From sequence record SRR20825006_1479: a DNA stretch of 38,371 nt, one strand, 5' to 3'. This document shows positions 1 to 7,592 of this stretch, piece by piece. The position numbers and the translations under genes were made by a program. The first letter of the stretch is position 1, and the number at the start of each line of letters is the position of its first letter. Under the pieces are notes generated by a model. It made no database searches. It saw nothing but the letters and a program-made list of their open reading frames with translations, and was not told where the DNA came from.

Positions 1-57
1 TGGTGACGACGCCTGATTCTCAGTCAGGAAGCGAGGGTTCGATTCCCTTCAGGCCTA
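1..57 (+). tRNA. tRNA-Glu(CTC), 5'-truncated by the window edge
   Basis: Anticodon arm CCTGA-TTCTCAG-TCAGG; T arm GAGGG-TTCGATT-CCCTT; 3' acceptor strand CAGGCCT plus discriminator A; no encoded CCA. Confidence 0.85.
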
Positions 58-87
58 CTCGTGGTGCTCATCGCATCACACCCATAC

Positions 88-159
88 GCCTCGTTGGTCC
101 AACGGCAAGGATGCTCGGTTGTCTCCCGGGAGGTACCGGTTCGATTCCGGTACGAGGCG
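88..159 (+). tRNA. tRNA-Asp(GTC) copy 1
   Basis: Acceptor GCCTCGT/ACGAGGC, discriminator G73, D stem GTCC/GGAT, anticodon arm CTCGG-TTGTCTC-CCGGG, T arm ACCGG-TTCGATT-CCGGT; no CCA. Confidence 0.9.
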
Positions 160-193
160 CTCCGCGATATCACACGTGATACCGCGTACATAC

Positions 194-265
194 GCCCCAT
201 TGTTCTAATGGTGATGATATCCGACTGTCTATCGGATGGTACCGGTTCGATTCCGGTATGGGGCG
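194..265 (+). tRNA. tRNA-Asp(GTC) copy 2
   Basis: Acceptor GCCCCAT/ATGGGGC, G73, anticodon arm TCCGA-CTGTCTA-TCGGA, T arm ACCGG-TTCGATT-CCGGT; weak D stem; no CCA. Confidence 0.88.
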
Positions 266-313
266 CTGGTCATCCGCTGTGACGTCGGTCACCTGGCGAG
301 GTGGCTTTCATAT

Positions 314-385
314 GCCCCATTGTTCCAGTGGTCAGGATGCTCGGCTGTCTCCCGGGCGGCACCGGTTCGAATCCGGTATGGGGCG
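314..385 (+). tRNA. tRNA-Asp(GTC) copy 3
   Basis: Acceptor GCCCCAT/ATGGGGC, G73, anticodon arm CTCGG-CTGTCTC-CCGGG, T arm ACCGG-TTCGAAT-CCGGT; no CCA. Confidence 0.9.
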
Positions 386-415
386 CTGGCAAAGCGCGAC
401 GCGCTTTGCCCACAT

Positions 416-488
416 GGCCCTGTGGTCCAAAGGTCAGGATCTCCGGCTTTCAATCGGAGGGTGCTGGGTTCGAGCCCCGCCAGGGTCA
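416..488 (+). tRNA. tRNA-Glu(TTC)
   Basis: Acceptor GGCCCTG/CAGGGTC, anticodon arm TCCGG-CTTTCAA-TCGGA, T arm GC(T)GGG-TTCGAGC-CCCGC with one bulged T; no CCA. Confidence 0.85.
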
Positions 489-493
489 CTTTC

Positions 494-544
494 GAAGCGA
501 GGCGGAGGCGCAGATGATTCTCATCTGCGCCTCCGCCTCGCTTC
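494..544. terminator. 24-bp perfect hairpin, probable bidirectional terminator
   Basis: GAAGCGAGGCGGAGGCGCAGATGA-TTC-TCATCTGCGCCTCCGCCTCGCTTC lies between the tRNA array and a convergent CDS; U tract is weak. Confidence 0.65.
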
Positions 545-563
545 TGTGCGTTCAGCAGCCGTG

Positions 564-1073
564 TCATTCCTCGAGCAGCTTCTCTCTGGGGGCGACGCGG
601 ATGATATCCCCGCGTTGCTCGTAGCCGAGGTCGAGCGATTGCAACATCGTCAAAAACACCTGGTCGACGGGAGCATCTCGCACGGTCAGTGTCACGGTCC
701 CCTTGACCTCTTCATCTGCGATGATGTTGACGCCTCCTTCGCTCGCGAACAACCTGAGCGCGTTGGCGATGTCGACCTCACGCATATCGATCGAGATGCG
801 TCGCTTGCTCATGCCCGCCACGGTCACCGCGCGGTATGGGTCGACGACGCGCTCGGTCGCGGGCTCCTCTTGCACTGGGCGAATCACGATGGTGGACCGG
901 GCGTAGGGCTGTGGCGATGCGACAGCAGGGTGCGCGACCTTTTCTGATGCGGGCGGAGGAGGATGCAACTCGGCGTCTTCTGCATGCTGCTCGCTGCCAG
1001 CCGAGGTCGCGCATCCCGCGAAGATAAGCGCGAGTGACATCGATGCGCTGATTGTTTTCAACCTCTCGAACAT
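564..1073 (-). CDS. Lipoprotein with a stand-alone secretin/TonB N-terminal (STN, PilQ N0-like) domain
   Basis: Start MFERLK after GAGGA-type RBS; lipobox IFAGC; Pro/Ala linker; C-terminal RISIDMREVDIANALRLFASEGGVNIIADEEVKGTVTLTVRDAPVDQVF resembles the PilQ STN domain. Confidence 0.8.
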   Translation of the reverse strand: MFERLKTISASMSLALIFAGCATSAGSEQHAEDAELHPPPPASEKVAHPAVASPQPYARSTIVIRPVQEEPATERVVDPYRAVTVAGMSKRRISIDMREVDIANALRLFASEGGVNIIADEEVKGTVTLTVRDAPVDQVFLTMLQSLDLGYEQRGDIIRVAPREKLLEE

Positions 1074-1239
1074 CCTCGGTTTCCTCTGTGGTCGATGCGC
1101 GATTCTCCACGTTTTCAATAGTATAGCATACGCACGGTCACGTTATCGATCGTAGCCCTGCCATCGATGCGAGCGCTGAGGTCTGTTTCAGTGGCGCCCG
1201 TGAGGGTATGCTCCGGCGTCGGTCCTTTTCTGAGACAGG

Positions 1240-2841
1240 GTGAGTGATTTGATCGATGAAGCTCGTGTGATCGCCGGGGTCCGGCACGATATCCCGCTCT
1301 GGACGCTTGTTTTCGGCGTTTTGGGGCCTGTGCTCGTCGCGGCGTGTTGGGGGTTGTTTTCCACGCTGTCGGTCGGGGGATTGATTTCTCGCAAGTTCCG
1401 CGAACTCGATGACGGCGTACATTGGACCGAGCGCGCTCGACACTGGGAGCCGGTGGTCGTCGCCATGCGTAACATTGCCATCTTCACGTCGGTTTTTGGC
1501 GCCGCGCTCGGGTGGCTCACTGGAGGGCCTTTCTCACTGCTTCCGATGGAGTTGCTCGTACTTTTTGGGGCGATGGGAGGTTACGCGGGGTCGATCGCTG
1601 GCCAGATGCTCTTTCTCCCACGAATTGCCCGCGTGACCTCGCGCGAGCTGTTCCGTCGTTATGTGATTTACAGGATCTGTTTTGGCATGGGCATCCCGTT
1701 GTGGATCGTCTCCTTGCTTTGCGTTTCCGAGACGATGAGCGTCGAGCGCTGGCTGGTGATGTTGGTCTCTTCGCTGATGTTTCTGGCCGCCTCGCTCTGG
1801 CCGCCGTTGGGGATCGCGCGAGCGCTCGGTGTGTTGCGCGAAGCTGACGAGCCTTACCAGAAGCTCCTCTCCGGGATTTCTGACAGGTTGGGGCACGAGC
1901 CTCGCGGGTTGTGGGTCTTCGATATGGGCCTGGCCAACGCCTTCGCGCTTTATGTCTCGAACAACATCGTGATGACCGAGCAGCTCCTCGAGTGCGTCAA
2001 TGATGATGAGCTCGACACGATCCTCGTCCACGAGATGGCTCACCTGACCGATCGCGCATCGAACAAGTTTGGCGGGGCCGCGGGCATCCTCGTGTTGGCC
2101 CTGATACCGTTTGCCGCCGCGACCTTCCTGAGCGGACACTGGAGCGGCTGGGTGCTCCTGTTCGTCGTGGTGGGGTTGCTGATCCTTAATCGCCGCAGCG
2201 CGCGGCGGATGGAGGATCACGCTGACGAAACAAGCACCAGGCATCAATTCGATGAAGGGGTCTATGCCCGCGCGCTCGAAAAAATCTACGCCTACAACCT
2301 CTTCGCGGCGGTCAGGAGTAAGCGCAAGGCGCACGCGCACCTCTACGATCGCATGCTCGCCGCTGGCGTCACTCCTGATTATCCTCGGCCAGAACCTCCG
2401 CCAAGGCATCGGCTGATCAACGGCAGCTTCTCCGTGATCACGTGGTTGGCGATCTGTGTCGCGGTGTTCTTCGGGATCCTCGCGGAGAGTGGTTGGTATG
2501 TGTCTGACCATCCTCACATCGCGACAGGCATCCTTGGCGGCTCGGAAGAGCTCGAAGAGCGCCTCTCCTATAACCGCGCCGAGGAGGGCGATCGCGACGC
2601 AGCGCTTTTGCACGCAGAAGGGATGGTGCTTGCCTCGGGCGGCTCTCTTCTCTCCATACTTCACCTCGCGTCACGCCAGTGCGAGGCGGGGCTCGCCGAG
2701 CAGGCGATGGCGAGCCATGCGCGCGCCATGGAGCTTGCTCGAGAGCCCGAAAACAAGGGGCTCCTGGATGACCCCGAGCAGATCGAGTTCGCCCACCTCC
2801 AGTATCTGGAGTCGAGGTTGCCCGATTGCAAGGTTCAGTAG
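1240..2841 (+). CDS. M48 family (HtpX/Ste24-like) membrane zinc metalloprotease
   Basis: Several TM helices, ANAFA motif, HEMAH zinc motif, downstream EDHAD third ligand; helical C-terminal extension. Confidence 0.85.
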   Translation: MSDLIDEARVIAGVRHDIPLWTLVFGVLGPVLVAACWGLFSTLSVGGLISRKFRELDDGVHWTERARHWEPVVVAMRNIAIFTSVFGAALGWLTGGPFSLLPMELLVLFGAMGGYAGSIAGQMLFLPRIARVTSRELFRRYVIYRICFGMGIPLWIVSLLCVSETMSVERWLVMLVSSLMFLAASLWPPLGIARALGVLREADEPYQKLLSGISDRLGHEPRGLWVFDMGLANAFALYVSNNIVMTEQLLECVNDDELDTILVHEMAHLTDRASNKFGGAAGILVLALIPFAAATFLSGHWSGWVLLFVVVGLLILNRRSARRMEDHADETSTRHQFDEGVYARALEKIYAYNLFAAVRSKRKAHAHLYDRMLAAGVTPDYPRPEPPPRHRLINGSFSVITWLAICVAVFFGILAESGWYVSDHPHIATGILGGSEELEERLSYNRAEEGDRDAALLHAEGMVLASGGSLLSILHLASRQCEAGLAEQAMASHARAMELAREPENKGLLDDPEQIEFAHLQYLESRLPDCKVQ

Positions 2842-3866
2842 GAGTTGTGGCCGAGCTCGACCTTGCCGCGAAACACCCAGTAGATGATGCACGTGTAGGT
2901 CAGGACGAGCGGCGCGCCGATGAACGCGATGATTTGCATCAGGTGCAGCGTGCCGTGCGATGAAGATGCGTTGTAAATCGTCAGGCTCTTGCCGTCTGCC
3001 AACGTGGTGAGGATCAGGTTCGGAAAGAGCGCGGCGCCAAACAGCGTGGCGAGCGCTGCGATCGTGCAGCACGAGGATAAGAACGCGTAACCTGGCCTCC
3101 CGAGATGAATCGCGCGCGGGATGTTCGCGATGGCGAGCACGTTGAGCAACACGATCACCCAGGCGATCGGATACTCCTTGAAGTTCTGCGTGGCGTGCGG
3201 CGCGACCTGGAAGGTCGCGATCGTGGTCAAGAGATACGCGACGAGGAAGAACCCGAAGGTTCGCCACATCCAGTGATGCGCGCGCTCCTGAAGCTCCCCC
3301 TCAGTCTTCAAATACAGGTAGATCGTGCCGTGCATGGCGAACGTGGCCACGGCCATCGTACCGACCATCAACCCGTAGGGTTGCAGCAGATCGAGCAATT
3401 CCCCTCGAAAGATGAACCTCTCGTCGATCGGCAATCCCTGGATGCTTCCTCCGACGGCGACCCCGAAGATAAAGGTCGTCACCGTGCTCGCCATAAAGAA
3501 CCCGACATCCCACGCCTTGCGCCAGAGCGGGTTGTCTGACTTCGAGCGGAACTCGAGCGAGACGGCTCGAAAAATCAGCCCGAACAACACCAGGTGTAGC
3601 GGCAGGTAGAACATCGAGAAGGCGGTGGCGTAGGCTTCGGGGAAGGCCGCGAAGAGCGCGCCGCCAAAGACCACGAGCCAGACCTCGTTCCCATCCCAGA
3701 GCGGACCGATGGAGTTCATCGTGATCCTTCGCTCGTGATCGGTCTTGGCGACCAGCAAGTGCATGATCCCGACCCCGAGATCGAACCCATCGAGGATCGC
3801 ATAGCCCGCCAGAAAGAAGCCGACGGTGACAAACCAGAAGATCTGTAAGGTTTCGAATTCCATCAT
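2835..3866 (-). CDS. cydB: Cytochrome bd ubiquinol oxidase subunit II
   Basis: YAILDGFDLGVG, IGPLWDGNEVWL, FAAFPEAYA and RAVSLEFRSK motifs; directly follows cydA. Confidence 0.97.
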   Translation of the reverse strand: MMEFETLQIFWFVTVGFFLAGYAILDGFDLGVGIMHLLVAKTDHERRITMNSIGPLWDGNEVWLVVFGGALFAAFPEAYATAFSMFYLPLHLVLFGLIFRAVSLEFRSKSDNPLWRKAWDVGFFMASTVTTFIFGVAVGGSIQGLPIDERFIFRGELLDLLQPYGLMVGTMAVATFAMHGTIYLYLKTEGELQERAHHWMWRTFGFFLVAYLLTTIATFQVAPHATQNFKEYPIAWVIVLLNVLAIANIPRAIHLGRPGYAFLSSCCTIAALATLFGAALFPNLILTTLADGKSLTIYNASSSHGTLHLMQIIAFIGAPLVLTYTCIIYWVFRGKVELGHNSY

Positions 3867-3870
3867 CGTC

Positions 3871-5340
3871 TTACTCCTCTTCCCTGGTGGCGTCTTCATC
3901 GCGAATGCCGCTCAACGAGTGGCCTTTTCCTGGTCTGGTGAGGTCTGCTGTGGCGACGAGCAGGTCCTTTCCTCCCGAGATTGGCGCGCCCCCGTGAGGT
4001 GCGGCGCTGACTGCTGGCTCGGGCCCGTGCTGGATCTTGTGGTTGAGCACCCAGACCCAGACCGCGAACAGCATCGCATAAATCAACCCGAACATGATGA
4101 TGCTCGTGAGGACATGTTCGGCGACGACTGCTTCGCTCAGGCCATCCGAGGTGCGCAGGTGCCCGTACACGATAAAGGGCTGGCGGCCGACCTCGGCGCT
4201 CACCCAGCCCGCCTGGTTGGCGATATAAGGGCCGACGACGGCGAAGACATGCGCCCAGAGCAACCATCGCTTCTCGAACAGCGTGCCTCGCCAGAGGAAG
4301 AAGCAGGAGAGCAGCGTCAGCCCGATGAAGAACATCCCGAGCGCGATCATCACGTGGTACGTCATGAAGGGGAGGAACACTGGCGGCTCGTCCTCATCAG
4401 GGATCTGGTCGAGCCCCTTGATCGGCGTCTCGAAGTCGCCATGGACGAGGAACGAGAGCATCCCCGGTATGGCGACGCCATACCTTACCTCCTGCGCCTC
4501 CTCGTCAGGCCAGCCGATGATGTAGAGCGGCGAGCCCCCCTCGCCGGTGTGGAAGTGCCCCTCGAAGGCGGCGAGCTTGGCGGGTTGATTTTCGGCGACC
4601 ATGTTGGCGTTCGAGTGGCCTGACACGGCGATGAGCAAGCTCGAGGTGGTCCCCAGCGCGAGCGCGATCTTGAAGGAGCGCTTGGCAAAGTCGAGGTGTC
4701 GCTCCTTGATGATGTAGTAAGCCGAGATGCTCATCACGAAGAAGGCGCCCAGGATGAACGCGCCGAGCAGCGTGTGCGTTAGCCTGTCCACGGTCGAGGG
4801 GTTGAAGACCATCGCCCAGAAGTCGAGGATCTCGGCGCGAGGTCCGTTCGGGCCATTGACGATATGATACCCGGCGGGGGTTTGTTGCCAGGAGTTGGCG
4901 ATGATGATCCAGACCGAGGAGAAGATCGATCCGAGCGAGACCATCAACGTCGAGAAGAAGTGCATCTTCGGTCCGACGCGATCCCAGCCAAAGACGAGCA
5001 CGGCGAGGAAGCCAGACTCTAGGAAGAAGGCAAACAGCCCCTCGGCCGCGAGCGCCGAGCCAAAGACATCGCCCACATACCTCGAGTAGGCCGCCCAGTT
5101 GGTGCCGAACTCGAACTCCATCACGATGCCGCTCGCCACGCCCATGGCGAAGTTTACGGCGAAGACCCGCGTCCAAAATCGCGCCATCGCCTCGTATTGA
5201 GGGTCGCGCGTCTTGAGGAACATCCCCTCCATCATCACCAGCAAGAGGCCCAGGCCGATCGAGAGCGGAGGGAAGATGTAGTGGAACATGATCGTGAAGG
5301 CGAACTGCAACCTGGATAGCAGCAAAACGTCGAGTTCCAT
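3871..5340 (-). CDS. cydA: Cytochrome bd ubiquinol oxidase subunit I
   Basis: [40 protein letters not shown] and [11 protein letters not shown] motifs. Confidence 0.97.
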   Translation of the reverse strand: MELDVLLLSRLQFAFTIMFHYIFPPLSIGLGLLLVMMEGMFLKTRDPQYEAMARFWTRVFAVNFAMGVASGIVMEFEFGTNWAAYSRYVGDVFGSALAAEGLFAFFLESGFLAVLVFGWDRVGPKMHFFSTLMVSLGSIFSSVWIIIANSWQQTPAGYHIVNGPNGPRAEILDFWAMVFNPSTVDRLTHTLLGAFILGAFFVMSISAYYIIKERHLDFAKRSFKIALALGTTSSLLIAVSGHSNANMVAENQPAKLAAFEGHFHTGEGGSPLYIIGWPDEEAQEVRYGVAIPGMLSFLVHGDFETPIKGLDQIPDEDEPPVFLPFMTYHVMIALGMFFIGLTLLSCFFLWRGTLFEKRWLLWAHVFAVVGPYIANQAGWVSAEVGRQPFIVYGHLRTSDGLSEAVVAEHVLTSIIMFGLIYAMLFAVWVWVLNHKIQHGPEPAVSAAPHGGAPISGGKDLLVATADLTRPGKGHSLSGIRDEDATREEE

Positions 5341-5403
5341 GATTCCTCCGCTTGTTTGGGGCGCGATCGACCGGAGTGAGAATCACTCGCCGGGCAAAAG
5401 AAG

Positions 5404-5438
5404 AGCCCCTATCTCTCTTGTTGTAAGAGATAGGGGCT
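5404..5438 (-). terminator. Rho-independent terminator of the aminopeptidase P gene
   Basis: 13-bp stem AGCCCCTATCTCT/AGAGATAGGGGCT followed by CTTCTTTT on the minus strand, about 20 nt after the stop. Confidence 0.7.
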
Positions 5439-5459
5439 AACAAGGCGTGCCTCAACGCG

Positions 5460-7508
5460 TCAAGCTGTCGCGGTGCAGGATCGCGTCGCTTGTTCGAGCC
5501 ACGCGGACTCCTTGTCGGACAGCATCGGCGCGAGCGTCTCGCGAACGCGCGAGTGGTAGGCGTCGAGCCAGTGCCGCTCCTGTTCAGTGAGCAGCTCGGG
5601 CAGCACGAGTCGCAGGTCGATCGGCGCGAGCGTGAGCGTCTCGAAGCTCAACATCTCCGTCTCGCCGCCTTCGATCTCCTCGGCGGGGGAGACCATGATG
5701 AGGTTCTCGATGCGAATCCCGTAGGCTTCCTCTTTGTAGTAGCCAGGCTCGTTGGAGAGGATCATGCCCGGCTCGAGGTTGGTGTCGTTGTTGCGCGGCG
5801 AGATGCTCTGGGGCCCTTCGTGGACGCTCAGGAAGCTGCCGACGCCGTGACCTGTGCCGTGCGCGAAGTTGAGCCCCGCGTTCCAGAGCGCGTGCCGCGC
5901 GAGCAGGTCGAGTTGGGTACCAGTGGTTTTTTGAGGAAAGCGCGCCAACGTGAGCTGGATCATGCCCTTGAGGACGAGCGTGAAGCGACGCTTCATCTCC
6001 TGGCTTGGAGCGCCAACGGCGACGGTGCGAGTGATATCCGTGGTGCCATCGCTGTACTGGCCGCCGGAGTCGATCAGATACAGCGTATCACTGGTGAAGG
6101 TGCGGTTGCTCGCCGGGGTCGCGCGGTAGTGGATGATGGCGCCGTTGGGGCCAAATCCGGAGATGCTCGGGAAACTCAGTCCTCTGAAGTGTTCGCCCTG
6201 CGCGCGGAAGTTCTCGAGCGCGTCCGATGCCTCGATCTCGGTGAGGTTGCCTTCGGGGATGCGCTCGTCGAGCCAGCAGAGGAACCGGGTTATCGCGACG
6301 CCATCTCGGATATGCGCCTGCCTCGTGCCTTCGCGCTCGGCGGGATTTTTCCTGGCGCGCGGGAGCTCTGTGAGATCCTTCCCGGCGACGACCTCGGCGC
6401 CAGCGTCTTCGAGCGCTCGTGAGAGCTTGAGTACACAGCTCGCGCGGTCGACGTGCACGCGCGTCTTCTTCTCCTGATCTTTCTTCGGGAGCGCTGACAG
6501 CGCGCCGAGCAGATCTTCTGGAGGGAGGATCTCGACGCCATCGGCGGCGAGCGCTTCCTGCGCGTCGCGAGTGATTTTTCGTGCGTCCATAAACAACTGC
6601 ACGCGCCCATGCTCGCTGCCGTCATCGACGAGCAGCGTGTAACCGAGTGGGAGCGGCGTGAAGGGGACATCTCCGCCGCGGATGTTGAGCAACCATGCGG
6701 TCGAAGGCGTCGCCGTGAGCAGCGTGGCGTGGAGGTGCTGATCGCGCATCTCGGCCAGGATTTGTTGGCGTTTTTGCTGCCTGGAGACGCCCGCGAACTC
6801 GAGCGGGTGCGTGGTGACCGGCGCCAGTGGTTCGGACGGGCGATCCTCCCAGGTCTCATCGACGAGGTTTGTATCCAGCGCGCGAAGTTCGACGCCGGTG
6901 TGCTCGAGCTTCTTCTCCAGATCATCCCAGAACGCCTGCGTGACGAGCCAGGTGTCCAACCCGATGACATCCCCTTCGCTCATCGACGAGCGCAACCAGT
7001 CACGAAGCTTGACCTCGCCGAGCACGAGCGCTTCGAGCTCCTCGGTGTTGACCTGTTGCTTGATCTGGATGGAGTAGCGTCCGTCGGTGAAGACGCCGCC
7101 GCCTTCAAGCTTTACGAACGCCATCCCCGCAGAACCGGTGAAGCCGGTGGCGTTGGCCAGACGCTCTGCGCATGGCGGCACGTACTCTCCGCGGTATCTG
7201 TCACCTCTGGGGATGAAGAAGGCGGTCACATCGTGGGCCTTCATCGCCTCGCGGATCGCGTTGATCCTGGCGCTCGAGCCCGGCGCTGGTGCCTCGGGGG
7301 AGGTCGCCGCGAGCGTCGCCAGCCGTGTGCGCAGTGCTGATGTCAGGTCCTCATCGGGGTTCGGCGCAATGAGCGCGAGCCAGGAATCCTGTGCGTGCAC
7401 TTCCTCGGGGGCGCCGAGGATGCCATGGAGGATCTCGTCCACTTGCTCGGGCGTATAGCTGCTGCCGCATCGCTCGAGCGCTGCAGCGTCAATCGTCGTT
7501 TGGGTCAT
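5460..7508 (-). CDS. Xaa-Pro aminopeptidase (M24B, aminopeptidase P family) with N-terminal extension
   Basis: TGFTGSAG, FTDGRY, LIDSGGQYSDGTTDITRT, HGTGHGVGSFLSVHEGP and SNEPGYY...GIRIEN motifs. Confidence 0.95.
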   Translation of the reverse strand: MTQTTIDAAALERCGSSYTPEQVDEILHGILGAPEEVHAQDSWLALIAPNPDEDLTSALRTRLATLAATSPEAPAPGSSARINAIREAMKAHDVTAFFIPRGDRYRGEYVPPCAERLANATGFTGSAGMAFVKLEGGGVFTDGRYSIQIKQQVNTEELEALVLGEVKLRDWLRSSMSEGDVIGLDTWLVTQAFWDDLEKKLEHTGVELRALDTNLVDETWEDRPSEPLAPVTTHPLEFAGVSRQQKRQQILAEMRDQHLHATLLTATPSTAWLLNIRGGDVPFTPLPLGYTLLVDDGSEHGRVQLFMDARKITRDAQEALAADGVEILPPEDLLGALSALPKKDQEKKTRVHVDRASCVLKLSRALEDAGAEVVAGKDLTELPRARKNPAEREGTRQAHIRDGVAITRFLCWLDERIPEGNLTEIEASDALENFRAQGEHFRGLSFPSISGFGPNGAIIHYRATPASNRTFTSDTLYLIDSGGQYSDGTTDITRTVAVGAPSQEMKRRFTLVLKGMIQLTLARFPQKTTGTQLDLLARHALWNAGLNFAHGTGHGVGSFLSVHEGPQSISPRNNDTNLEPGMILSNEPGYYKEEAYGIRIENLIMVSPAEEIEGGETEMLSFETLTLAPIDLRLVLPELLTEQERHWLDAYHSRVRETLAPMLSDKESAWLEQATRSCTATA

Positions 7509-7592
7509 GGCGTTCTCGTGATGTACCAATATGAGATGAGGTTTTTGAAGCGGACCAGCGTCATCCTCGCGCAGTTTATCGAGAGCTCCGCT

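Noticed and set aside
88-385. Repeat-spacer appearance (ACCGGTTCGAWTCCGGTA recurring) suggesting a CRISPR array
   Set aside because: The repeats are tRNA T-arms inside complete cloverleaves, and no cas genes are present.
61-947. Several ORFs overlapping the tRNA array
   Set aside because: They run through clear cloverleaf genes or lie antisense to the STN lipoprotein; the repeated PVRFRY peptides are just translated T-arms.
2835-5340. Absence of cydX/cydS beside cydAB
   Set aside because: Many bd oxidases outside the long-Q-loop proteobacterial group have no adjacent small subunit, so this is not unusual.
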